Shown: positions 55,705 through 63,652, counted from the first letter of the stretch. The stretch is 64,000 bases of DNA from an uncultured Candidatus Saccharibacteria bacterium (GCA_964450805.1 CAYVDD010000001.1:521288-585287); one strand, 5' to 3'. Numbers and translations: made by a program. The notes: generated by a model from the sequence alone, not told the origin.

Positions 55705-56505
55705 ATGAATTGGAAACAATTTTTAAAACCAGATATCAAAAAGATAATCGTAACAATTATTCTTATATTGGCGACAAGACCTTTTGCCGAGAGTTATATT
55801 ACAACAATGAGCGTTTATAATCCTTTTATTGTAATTCTGATGTACATTTTATCTTGTTTGGTAATTTCTGTAGGTAATAATCTTAGGAGAATAGGAATGC
55901 TATTATTCATAATTTCCATTATATCAGTATATTATTTGGCTAAAGATAGTATGTTTGGAGGTTGGAGCATTTTTTTCTTTTCAATGCCTCTTTTTGGTAT
56001 TTCCTTGTTAATATTGTTATTGTCCTTTATTTCACAAAAGATTTCAGTTCCCCAAAAGACTTCATTAGAAAAAAAAGAGTTTAACCACCAATATCCTGTA
56101 CTGACAAAAATTGCAGCTTGGTGGTTAATTTTAGTTCCTATATATATTCTGATTCTAAAACCTTTTAAGGCTTTAGAATATATGTTTGTTGCTTTTGGAG
56201 ACTGTATGATTGCACATGAGAATTCAAGTTGCTATATTTTAACTCTCTTAGCTTCTTCTAGTTTCTTTAGCTTCTATTTTATTAATTTTTCTTTAGGAGT
56301 TTTTCTTTTGAAAAGAAGAAAACGAGCTTGGTGGATGAGTATAACTATATTAACCCTTGCACTACTTTCTGATAAGATAATATTCCTAGAAGATCTTTTT
56401 TTTCTATTTTTTCTTTTTCTCTCAGATGTACCTATTTTATTTTTTATAGTGCCTGTATTTCTTCTTTTAGTTGATCGCAAGAACTTCTTTAAAATTGCTG
56501 AATAA
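55705..56505 (+). CDS. hypothetical multi-pass membrane protein (paralog of 54511..54984)
   Basis: The ATG lies 8 nt after TATAAT. About 8 TMs. C-terminus ...LKRRKRAWWMSI...RKNFFKIAE*. Confidence 0.65.
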   Translation: MNWKQFLKPDIKKIIVTIILILATRPFAESYITTMSVYNPFIVILMYILSCLVISVGNNLRRIGMLLFIISIISVYYLAKDSMFGGWSIFFFSMPLFGISLLILLLSFISQKISVPQKTSLEKKEFNHQYPVLTKIAAWWLILVPIYILILKPFKALEYMFVAFGDCMIAHENSSCYILTLLASSSFFSFYFINFSLGVFLLKRRKRAWWMSITILTLALLSDKIIFLEDLFFLFFLFLSDVPILFFIVPVFLLLVDRKNFFKIAE

Positions 56506-56612
56506 AACAGGTTCTAATCCTAGTAGTTGAGTAAAGCTCACTACAGGACTACGTATCGTTCAATTGGAGGCCCTGGCATAACCGAGATTGTCTCTCGGGT
56601 TTTTGGTATAAT
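56506..56612 (+). repeat. junction J9 (core split by an extra ~37-nt hairpin insert)
   Basis: aacaggttctaa | tcctagtagttgagtaaagctcactacaggactacgt | atcgttcaattggaggccctggcata + accgagattgtctctcggg + tttttggTATAAT (56607-12). Confidence 0.75.
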
Positions 56613-56620
56613 AGAATAGC

Positions 56621-57085
56621 ATGCTTAAGAAATTCAACAGAGGAATATATACTCCACTACTAATTGGGATTATTTTAGTTTTAGTTATTTCGGTGAGAGG
56701 TTTTATTTTATGGCAGTATCAAGAGTTGAAAACTTTAGATGAGAAGAAAGAAAAGGCTAAGCTTGTAAGTTTTGAAATTATTCCTTCTTGCGAAAGAGGA
56801 GATTTATGGATTATTTATCCAAAAGGAGCAAAAGCAATAGCTAAGGGAGAAAATTTAAGTAAAGTAGAGTTTTGGATATCTCCTACTGGAACCGGGATGG
56901 AGGATTATTTATTCGAAAAAAACGAATTAATAAGAAAGGGTAATCAATGGGAAATGTTACTTCCAGATATGATGTTTGCAGCTGACTTTTATGCGACTGG
57001 TTATGATTCTGAAGGGAAAGAAGTAGGCAAAATTTCTCTTGGTACTGTGTCTGGTTCCATAGGATACCCTGAAGACTGCGAATAG
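56621..57085 (+). CDS. hypothetical membrane-anchored protein (possibly the N-terminal part of a decayed longer gene)
   Basis: The ATG lies 8 nt after TATAAT. One TM. Ends at TAG 57083-85. Confidence 0.55.
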   Translation: MLKKFNRGIYTPLLIGIILVLVISVRGFILWQYQELKTLDEKKEKAKLVSFEIIPSCERGDLWIIYPKGAKAIAKGENLSKVEFWISPTGTGMEDYLFEKNELIRKGNQWEMLLPDMMFAADFYATGYDSEGKEVGKISLGTVSGSIGYPEDCE

Positions 57086-57536
57086 AACGACTTTGTAGGC
57101 TGGAAGATTTATAAAAACGAGGAGTATGGTTATGAATTTAAGTATCCAACAGGTTTTAACCAGAAATATATAAAAGAACATAACTGGCCCCCAAAAATAA
57201 CAGTCAGACATTTTGATCCTATTTTTTTTTGCGAAGAGCTCGAAAGGGTTAGAACCTCCAATCGGTTACGGTACTCAAAAAGAGATAGTGTTAAATGGTT
57301 CTAAGTACTGCGTCCTTATTGTAAGCGAGGGTGCGGCTGGAACTTCTTATGTAACTTACAATTATGTAACCAAAAAAGATGATAAACATTTAACTCTTGA
57401 GTTTATATTAAGATTTCCTGGCTGTGGTGCACTATCTGGAATTGACAAGATGGAAGAATGTGAAGAAGAGCGTGATAATTTTGATCCAATTAATATAGTT
57501 GACAAAATACTTTCTACTTTTAAGTTTTTAGATTAA
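57086..57536 (+). pseudogene. start-less, frameshifted domain continuing in frame after the TAG at 57083
   Basis: NDFVGWKIYKNEEYGYEFKYP... reads on in the frame of 56621..57085. It then switches frame at or near the T9 run (57225-57233) to ...EGAAGTSYVTYNY...ILSTFKFLD*. No RBS or ATG for either piece. Confidence 0.45.
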
Positions 57537-57612
57537 AATAAGTTCTAAAGTCGTTTGGAATATTGTTTGGCCTGTATTTTGGATTGTTTTTGGTTTAAAG
57601 ATAATAATGAAA
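57537..57612 (+). repeat. junction J10 (decayed terminal copy)
   Basis: aataagttctaaagtcgtttgg ... ggattgtttttggtttaaagataat aligns to the consensus with the hairpin 3' arm deleted. Confidence 0.55.
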
Positions 57613-57672
57613 TACAAAAAGTATGGATATCATTGCTGCGGAGAAAAAAACAAAAAGACTTTCAAATAAAAA

Positions 57673-57695
57673 ACCGCCTCAAAGGCAGTTTTTTA
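57673..57695. terminator. putative terminator downstream of htrA
   Basis: aaaaaaccgcctcaaaggcagtttttt (imperfect stem ccgcct/aggcag, with an A-run and a T-run). Confidence 0.4.
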
Positions 57696-57705
57696 ATAAA
57701 ACAGA

Positions 57706-58731
57706 CTATTTTCTTTCTCCCAGCTTTATCCTAATATCTATTTTTTTCCCTTCTCTTAAAATTTTTAAAACTATTTCATCTCCAATGTTTTGTTTCTGCA
57801 GTAAGTCAGCCAAAGGAGCTTCTTCATTAATTTTTTCACCATTACATTCCAAGACAATATCATATTCCTTTAAGCCTGCCTTGTCAGCTGGAGAGCCTTT
57901 AACAATTGCGCTTTCTCCCAGATTTTCCCTGACAATTAAAGCTCCATAGTCAACAGGAAGTTTATTGGCTTCAGCTGCCTGTTTGTTTAGAATAAAATAT
58001 CTTACGCCTAAAAATGGTTTTTTTATTTTTCCAAACTTCATTACCTCTTCTAAATCTTTTCTGGCGTAATTAATTGGAATAGCAAAGCCAATATTTTGAG
58101 CGCCCATAACCATTGCTGTATTGACCCCAATTGCTTTTCCTTCCATATCCACCAAAGGTCCTCCGCTGTTCCCTGGATTAATTGCAGCATCTGTCTGAAT
58201 TAATCCTCTTAAGCTTGTTGTTTTATGATCTGGTCCTGCATAAGCCTTTATTCTTCTGCTTAATCCGGAAATAATTCCTGCTGAGATTGTATCTTCAAAT
58301 TCTCCTAAAGGATTTCCTACTGCTATTACTGTTTCTCCTAAATCAATTTTCGATGAATCACCCATTTCTATGTAGGGCAAGCTATGGTCTTTTATTTTTA
58401 AAATAGCAACATCAATTAACGGATTTTTTGCCAGAACTTTAGCTGGATATTTCTTTGTTGGTTCTACAATTACAGTATAATCAGCTGTTGGATCTCTGAC
58501 TACGTGGTTACAAGTTAAAACATAGCCGTCTTTTGATACAATAAATCCTGAACCTCCTCCGATTTTTGTTTTTTGTTTTTTATTTTTTTCAATCTGGGGA
58601 ACAATGAATTGGCGTCCTCCAAAAGGAAGAAAATAAAAACCTTCAACTTTAGGCAAGTCTTTTGAAACAATAATAGTGATAACAGCTGGATTAACTTTTT
58701 TTGCAATTTCAACGATTGGTGATTTTTCCAT
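57706..58731 (-). CDS. htrA: HtrA/DegP-family serine protease with PDZ domain
   Basis: GSGFIVSKDGYVLTCNHVV, D in DVAILKI, GNSGGPLVD, C-terminal PDZ. Confidence 0.9.
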   Translation of the reverse strand: MEKSPIVEIAKKVNPAVITIIVSKDLPKVEGFYFLPFGGRQFIVPQIEKNKKQKTKIGGGSGFIVSKDGYVLTCNHVVRDPTADYTVIVEPTKKYPAKVLAKNPLIDVAILKIKDHSLPYIEMGDSSKIDLGETVIAVGNPLGEFEDTISAGIISGLSRRIKAYAGPDHKTTSLRGLIQTDAAINPGNSGGPLVDMEGKAIGVNTAMVMGAQNIGFAIPINYARKDLEEVMKFGKIKKPFLGVRYFILNKQAAEANKLPVDYGALIVRENLGESAIVKGSPADKAGLKEYDIVLECNGEKINEEAPLADLLQKQNIGDEIVLKILREGKKIDIRIKLGERK

Positions 58732-58783
58732 TTTTTTAATTATTTTATATTGATTATATTTTTTATTTTATCATTAACCTACA

Positions 58784-58812
58784 TTGTCAACAAGAGGAAA
58801 AGCTGATAAAAT
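58784..58812 (+). promoter_or_regulatory. putative promoter of the four-tRNA operon
   Basis: TTGTCA, 17 nt spacer, TAAAAT. Confidence 0.45.
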
Positions 58813-58842
58813 GTTATTTGTCCCTGTGAATGAATAGTATCT

Positions 58843-58914
58843 GTCCCTGTAGTTCAATGGATAGAACGGTGGCCTCCTAAGCCATAAATAGAGGTTCAAC
58901 TCCTCTCGGGGACA
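58843..58914 (+). tRNA. tRNA-Arg(CCT)
   Basis: GTCCCTG/CGGGGAC, gtggc-CTCCTAA-gccat, T-arm agagg-TTCAACT-cctct. Confidence 0.8.
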
Positions 58915-58950
58915 CAACTTTAAACTTGTATTAGTATTTAGTTAATAATG

Positions 58951-59024
58951 GGGCCCATAGCTCATTTGGCTAGAGCGCATGCATGGCATGTATGAGGTGG
59001 TGGGTTCGAATCCCACTGGGTCCA
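58951..59024 (+). tRNA. tRNA-Ala(GGC)
   Basis: GGGCCCA with G3:U70, catgc-ATGGCAT-gtatg, T-arm gtggg-TTCGAAT-cccac. Confidence 0.8.
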
Positions 59025-59032
59025 CTAAATAA

Positions 59033-59104
59033 GCCGCGGTAGCTCATTGGTAGAGCATTTCTCTGAAAAAGAAAGGGTAGGTGGTTCGATTCCACTCCGC
59101 GGCA
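59033..59104 (+). tRNA. tRNA-Phe(GAA)
   Basis: GCCGCGG/CCGCGGC, tttct-CTGAAAA-agaaa. Confidence 0.85.
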
Positions 59105-59107
59105 CAT

Positions 59108-59179
59108 GCGGGCGTAGTATAGTGGCTATTATATCGGCTTGCCAAGTCGAGGACGGCGGTTCAATTCCGCTCGCCCGCT
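59108..59179 (+). tRNA. tRNA-Gly(GCC)
   Basis: GCGGGCG/CGCCCGC, tcggc-TTGCCAA-gtcga. Confidence 0.85.
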
Positions 59180-59238
59180 CTAGAAAAAACTTATTCACAG
59201 CCATTAAAAATTGCTTTTTGAAGCGTTTTTTTCGACTC

Positions 59239-59267
59239 TTGACATCTGTTTTTGAGCAAGCTAATAT
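59239..59267 (+). promoter_or_regulatory. putative promoter of the 3D-domain gene
   Basis: TTGACA (59239-44), 17 nt spacer, TAATAT (59262-67). Confidence 0.5.
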
Positions 59268-59297
59268 GCTAAAACTCTTAATTTTAAGGGTTTTAAT

Positions 59298-59810
59298 ATG
59301 AGAAATTCTATTACTAGTAAGTATAACAAGCGTCTTTTTATTGAGGCGCTGAAAATCATCATACTTTTAGCTTTATTTGGAGTCTTGTCCCAGCTGTATT
59401 CTCAGATAGGACAAGGAAAGGATATTTCACTTGATACAATATCCAGTTTTGCATTTGTCCAGGGAAACGCTTTAAACTCTTTATCTAATCCAAACAATCC
59501 TCCTCCAAAAGTTGTAAAAAAATTGCCAGTAGTTATTACTGCTTATTCAAGTACAGAATCTCAAACAGATGATACTCCATTTATTACTGCTTCTGGCTCT
59601 TATGTTAGGGATGGAATTGTAGCAAACAATCTGTTGCCTTTTGGAACAAGAATCAGAATTCCTGATGTTTATGGAGATAAAATCTTTGTTGTTGAAGATA
59701 GAATGAACAGAAAAAAGGGATATTATCATATTGATGTCTGGTGTTCTGACTATTGGCAGGCAAAGAGTTTTGGAGCAAAAAGAACTACAATTGAAATATT
59801 GGAAAGCTAA
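59298..59810 (+). CDS. 3D-domain (MltA/RlpA-like double-psi beta-barrel) cell-wall protein
   Basis: N-terminal TM. ITAYSSTESQTDDTPFITASGSYVRDGIVANNLLPFGTRIRIP...FVVEDRMN...IDVW. Confidence 0.8.
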   Translation: MRNSITSKYNKRLFIEALKIIILLALFGVLSQLYSQIGQGKDISLDTISSFAFVQGNALNSLSNPNNPPPKVVKKLPVVITAYSSTESQTDDTPFITASGSYVRDGIVANNLLPFGTRIRIPDVYGDKIFVVEDRMNRKKGYYHIDVWCSDYWQAKSFGAKRTTIEILES

Positions 59811-59829
59811 TAAGATTAAAAACTATTCA

Positions 59830-59860
59830 AAAGCCGCTGCATTTAGTGCAGCGGTTTTTG
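59830..59860 (+). terminator. intrinsic terminator
   Basis: ccgctgca tttag tgcagcgg followed by ttttt. Confidence 0.65.
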
Positions 59861-59864
59861 TTTG

Positions 59865-59947
59865 TGCCGCGGGTGGGACTCGAACCCACACGGGATTTCT
59901 CCCACTTGATTTTAAGTCAAGCACGTAAGCCATTCCGTCACCGCGGC
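59865..59947 (-). tRNA. tRNA-Leu(TAA)
   Basis: GCCGCGG/CCGCGGC, cttga-CTTAAAA-tcaag, long variable arm, 83 nt. Confidence 0.85.
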
Positions 59948-59953
59948 TTGCTT

Positions 59954-60025
59954 AGGCCTGGATGGGAATCGAACCCATGTTATTGGTTTTGCAGACCAAT
60001 GCCTCAGCCACTTGGCTACCAGGCC
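59954..60025 (-). tRNA. tRNA-Cys(GCA)
   Basis: GGCCTGG/CCAGGCC, ttggt-CTGCAAA-accaa. Confidence 0.85.
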
Positions 60026-60031
60026 ATAACC

Positions 60032-60400
60032 TTATTCTTTAGTTTGAATATTATCTGTTTTTCCCTTATTTTTCAACTCATCCAACAGTTTTTCAATCCT
60101 GTCAGCTTCAGCTGTTTTTGTTTCTACTTTGAATATAATGTTAGGAACACGCTTCATTACCAGCTTTTTATTTATTTTCTGCTGTAAATGATAGATGTTT
60201 CTATTTAAAGAACGAAGAACTAATTCAATTTTTTCTTCTGGCATCACGCTAATAAAAACACTGGCTTTACTTAAATCAGAAGCAGTTTCTACTCTGGTCA
60301 GTGTAATTAAAACATCTTTTTCAAAATCCAGCTCTTTTAAAAGAAGCTTGGAGAGAGTTTTTTTGATTAATTGATTAACCCTGTCTATGCGTTTAGACAT
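60032..60400 (-). CDS. rbfA: ribosome-binding factor A
   Basis: RIDRVNQLIKKTLSKLLLKE...ITLTRVETASDLSKASVFISV. Located downstream of infB. Confidence 0.88.
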   Translation of the reverse strand: MSKRIDRVNQLIKKTLSKLLLKELDFEKDVLITLTRVETASDLSKASVFISVMPEEKIELVLRSLNRNIYHLQQKINKKLVMKRVPNIIFKVETKTAEADRIEKLLDELKNKGKTDNIQTKE

Positions 60401-60401
60401 T

Positions 60402-61892
60402 TCACAATTTTCCTTTTTTTCTTTCTTTTATAAATATTATTAACTCATCACCTTTTTCAATCTTTTTTTCTCCTTCATAGAGTATTCCCACTTCATCTCC
60501 TTTGGATGCTTTTTCAATATCTTTTTTATTCTTCTGGAGATTTATTAACCTGCCCTGGTCGATTACTTCGCCATCTCTTGTTACTTCAATTAGAACACTT
60601 TTTTTAATTTCTCCTTCAGTCATTCTTCCGCCGACAATCTGGCGTTTTTTATCACTCCAAAAACTGACCAGCACTTTAAGTTTTCCCAAATCAGTTTTTA
60701 CAACTTCAGGCTCTAATATTTTTTCCATGTACTTTCTGATTTCTTCAACCAAATCATAAATTATTTCAAAACTCATTATTTTTATTTTTTCTTTTTCTGC
60801 AAATCTAGCAGCAGTGGAATTTGTTTTAACCCTGAAAGCTAAAACCAGAGCATTAGAGCTTTTAGCCATCTTAATATCATTTTCATTTATTTGACCTACC
60901 CCTGATTTTAAGATCCTTAAAATAACTTTTTCTTGAGGAAGTGAACTTAAAACTTCTTCAATTGCTTCAATTGAACCTAAAACATCGGTTTTTAGAATTA
61001 AATTTAAAACTTTTTGTTCTGACTTGACTTCAAAGATTTGCTCTGCTTTCTTTTTTCCAAGAGGTTTGATATAAGCTTTTGCTGTTTCTAAATCATTAAA
61101 CACTTTAAATGTTTCTCCAACTCTTGGCGCTTGTTCTAATCCTAAAACAACTACTGGATCAGAGGCCATTGCTTTATTAATTCGTTTTCCCTGCCAGTTT
61201 TCCAATCCTTTTATTTTTCCAAAAGTTGAGGGTGTAGCAATAATATCACCTGACTTTAAGACTCCTTCGTTTAAAAGAAGGGTTCCTATTGGTCCTCTTT
61301 GGCTGTCTAAATATGATTCAATAACAACACCTTCAGCTGTTTTTGAAGTATCAGCTGAAAACTTTTCCATATCAGCTATTAAAAGTATTAATTCTAAGAG
61401 TTCTTCAATGCCTTGCCCTGTTTTTGCTGAAACATTAACTGAAGGAATTTTTCCACCCAAAGACTCAACTAAAATATCTTCTTTTTTTAACTGGCCTTTA
61501 GCTTTTTCCGGGTCAGATTCTGGCCTGTCTATTTTATTGAAAGCAATTATTGGCAAAACCTTGGCTTTTTTAATGTGGTTAATAGCCTCTTTTGTTTGAA
61601 TTTGCACTCCTTTTGCACTGTCTATTACTAAAACAGCAATATCAGCTATTTTTGCTCCCCGCGACCTCATTTGAGAAAAAGCCTCATGACCAGGAGTATC
61701 AATAAAAGTAATCTTTTTATCATCCTTTTTAACCTGGTAAGCTCCAATGTGCTGGGTGATTCCGCCAGATTCTTTTTCAGCAACCCTTGTCTTTCTTATT
61801 TGGTCAAGTAAGCTGGTTTTCCCGCTGTCAATATGACCTAAAACCACTACAACCGGAGGCCGGTTTGTTAATTTGTTTTTATTTTTTATCAT
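60402..61892 (-). CDS. infB: translation initiation factor IF-2 (short form lacking the N-terminal region)
   Basis: RPPVVVVLGHIDSGKTSLLD, DTPGHEAF, NKID. 496 aa. Confidence 0.93.
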   Translation of the reverse strand: MIKNKNKLTNRPPVVVVLGHIDSGKTSLLDQIRKTRVAEKESGGITQHIGAYQVKKDDKKITFIDTPGHEAFSQMRSRGAKIADIAVLVIDSAKGVQIQTKEAINHIKKAKVLPIIAFNKIDRPESDPEKAKGQLKKEDILVESLGGKIPSVNVSAKTGQGIEELLELILLIADMEKFSADTSKTAEGVVIESYLDSQRGPIGTLLLNEGVLKSGDIIATPSTFGKIKGLENWQGKRINKAMASDPVVVLGLEQAPRVGETFKVFNDLETAKAYIKPLGKKKAEQIFEVKSEQKVLNLILKTDVLGSIEAIEEVLSSLPQEKVILRILKSGVGQINENDIKMAKSSNALVLAFRVKTNSTAARFAEKEKIKIMSFEIIYDLVEEIRKYMEKILEPEVVKTDLGKLKVLVSFWSDKKRQIVGGRMTEGEIKKSVLIEVTRDGEVIDQGRLINLQKNKKDIEKASKGDEVGILYEGEKKIEKGDELIIFIKERKKGKL

Positions 61893-62285
61893 TTAAATTT
61901 CTTTTCTTTTAATCCTGGTTTTTTTAGCAGATTCTATTGCTTTTTTTTCTTCTTCAGACAAAACGTGTGAAGAATGTCCTTTTCTAATTGGTTTTCCAAA
62001 TATTCTGTTTCCATCTCTGCTGTAGAAACTGGTAATTACTATTCCGTCATTATTACCGTCAAGCAATGCAACCGAAAAACTTTGATTGCCACCCAGATTT
62101 TTAAAAGGATTAAATCTTATGACACCAACTTTTTGAACAGAAAATTTAGATTCTTTTTTTAAATTCTCCAGTTCCTTGGAAATTTTTCTGAAGTTCTGTT
62201 TTAGACCTTTTAACTGACAAAGCAGTTCCTCTAAGTTTTTCGGCTCTATTTCTTCATCTTTTTTAAATAATTCAAATATTGACAT
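61893..62285 (-). CDS. DUF4446-family protein
   Basis: VGVIRFNPFKNLGGNQSFSVALLDGNNDGIVITSFYSRDGNRIFGKPI. Confidence 0.65.
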   Translation of the reverse strand: MSIFELFKKDEEIEPKNLEELLCQLKGLKQNFRKISKELENLKKESKFSVQKVGVIRFNPFKNLGGNQSFSVALLDGNNDGIVITSFYSRDGNRIFGKPIRKGHSSHVLSEEEKKAIESAKKTRIKRKEI

Positions 62286-62342
62286 AGGTTTATTTTTTTA
62301 ATTTATATATAATTATTCGCTTATGTTTGAAGCGAAGTAGGG

Positions 62343-62431
62343 CGGAGAGGGTGGGATTCGAACCCACGTGCCGTTTAAACGACCATCGGTTTTCGAAACC
62401 GTGCCGGTATGACCAACTTCGGTACCTCTCC
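62343..62431 (-). tRNA. tRNA-Ser(CGA)
   Basis: GGAGAGG/CCTCTCC + G73, anticodon loop TTCGAAA, long variable arm, 89 nt. One A.A mismatch at the top of the anticodon stem. Confidence 0.75.
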
Positions 62432-62513
62432 TCTGCCGATATTTATAAACTATCATTTTTTAAGCTTAAAATCAATTTTGTAAGGATCGTAAAAATGATA
62501 TACTTTATTAAAT

Positions 62514-63515
62514 ATGAACAAGATTAAGATAGCAATAATTGGAGCAGGAGGAAGAACAGGAACCATGTTTGCTTATGAATTAAGGGGTTTTGCTAATGTT
62601 TTAGGCGTGACAAAAGAAGAACAGATGGAATCAATAGCTCAAAAAAGACTTTATATTCAAAGAAAAAAGCAAAGTTTTCAATTATTTGATTGTAAAGTTA
62701 TAAGAGACAGTGATTTTAAAGCAGACTTATCTCCAGATATTATTTTTATAACAACAAAAAATCCAATTTATAATATTGTTAAGTATTATTTTGAAAAATT
62801 TAAAAATGAAGATATACCTGCTCTTTTTATTTCTCAAAACGGCATCAATGCTTTATCTGAAGCTAAGCAGGCCTTAAAAGAAGTTTTTGGAGAAAAATCA
62901 GAAAATATTCAAATAATCAGATGTGTTTTATTTAATCCGATAGACAGCGAACATAAAAAAAACAAAGCATATATAAAATATTCTTTGCCAGTAAGAATTG
63001 CTGTTTCCAAAGCCCAGGGTTATGGAGACATTAAAAAACTTATTAAAACTTTTAAATCTGCTGGTTTTGAAGTGAGCGAATTTTCTGAAAAAAATGCGGA
63101 GAATTTAGAATTTTCAAAACTATTTTTGAACTTAATTGGCATGGCCTCAGCTTCACATGGATTTTCAATAAGAGATGGTTTTGAAAATAAAGAAATATTT
63201 AAAGAAGAAGTACAATCTTTAAAAGAATATATTAAAGCTGTTAAAAAATCTCACGGAAAATTCCTCAATTTTTCTCATTATCCAGTAAAATTTTTATCTG
63301 TTTTCATTGAATTAATTCCAATATTTTTTTTAGTATCAATCCGTAATGTTTTAGCTAGATTCATCAGTAAAGAGAGGGGAGGAAAATTAAAGGATTTAGA
63401 CGAGATTGATTATTATAATGGAGGGGTAGTTAAACTTGGAAAAAAAATAGGAGTTGAAACTCCTGTTAATGAGAGAGTTTATAAAAGAGTACTGGGGAAA
63501 TTAAACAGAGCTTAG
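62514..63515 (+). CDS. NAD(P)-binding oxidoreductase, ketopantoate reductase (PanE/ApbA)-like
   Basis: KIAIIGAGGRTG Rossmann motif, IFITTK, ISQNGI. Family-level guess only. Confidence 0.5.
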   Translation: MNKIKIAIIGAGGRTGTMFAYELRGFANVLGVTKEEQMESIAQKRLYIQRKKQSFQLFDCKVIRDSDFKADLSPDIIFITTKNPIYNIVKYYFEKFKNEDIPALFISQNGINALSEAKQALKEVFGEKSENIQIIRCVLFNPIDSEHKKNKAYIKYSLPVRIAVSKAQGYGDIKKLIKTFKSAGFEVSEFSEKNAENLEFSKLFLNLIGMASASHGFSIRDGFENKEIFKEEVQSLKEYIKAVKKSHGKFLNFSHYPVKFLSVFIELIPIFFLVSIRNVLARFISKERGGKLKDLDEIDYYNGGVVKLGKKIGVETPVNERVYKRVLGKLNRA

Positions 63516-63572
63516 ACTTAATTCGTAGAATATTCTTCTTTGGACAGGTTGAGCCTGTTCAAATTTGTTATG

Positions 63573-63646
63573 TGGGCACTGAGGGAGTTGAACCCCCGAC
63601 CTCCGCGATGTAAGCGCGACGCGCTAGCCAACTGCGCCAAGTGCCC
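63573..63646 (-). tRNA. tRNA-Val(TAC)
   Basis: GGGCACT/AGTGCCC, tcgcg-CTTACAT-cgcgg. Confidence 0.85.
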
Positions 63647-63652
63647 AAATTG

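Larger units (their letters stand above)
50151..57612 (+). mobile_element. tRNA-His-adjacent array of ~10 gene cassettes separated by a composite junction repeat (genomic-island-like; mechanism unknown)
   Basis: There are 11 junction copies, listed below as J0-J10. One short, unrelated ORF lies between consecutive junctions. Housekeeping genes lie on both sides. No recombinase gene in the window. Confidence 0.55.

Noticed and set aside
27121-56547. Shared 10-mer ctcactacag in the 27058-27130 stem-loop and in the insert of junction J9.
   Set aside because: The match is too short to distinguish from chance in AT-rich DNA, and the flanks do not align.
51105-57085. TAG (or TGA) stop-codon reassignment. 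It was suggested by two ORFs whose frames continue sensibly after TAG (51105 and 57083) and by the CPR-like context.
   Set aside because: TGA and TAG both terminate clearly conserved housekeeping genes at the expected lengths: rsmA ends at TGA, and the M23 peptidase and the 3359 pilin-like gene end at TAG. The 57083 case also needs a frameshift. Nonsense-mutation decay is the more economical explanation, and two cases are too few to argue for recoding.
50151-57612. CRISPR array interpretation of the repeated hairpins.
   Set aside because: The units between repeats are 0.4-1 kb and contain promoter-, RBS- and terminator-equipped ORFs. The repeats vary in length from 67 to about 180 nt. No cas genes are present.
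50151-57612. Canonical integron, or a prophage.
   Set aside because: There is no intI, attI or Pc, and I could not find RYYYAAC/GTTRRRY cores in the junctions. The cassettes are self-promoted. There are no capsid, terminase, portal or tail-like ORFs. I kept it as an undefined cassette array instead.
57623-57949. 108-aa plus-strand ORF.
   Set aside because: It is antisense to the C-terminal PDZ region of htrA and shows no start context.
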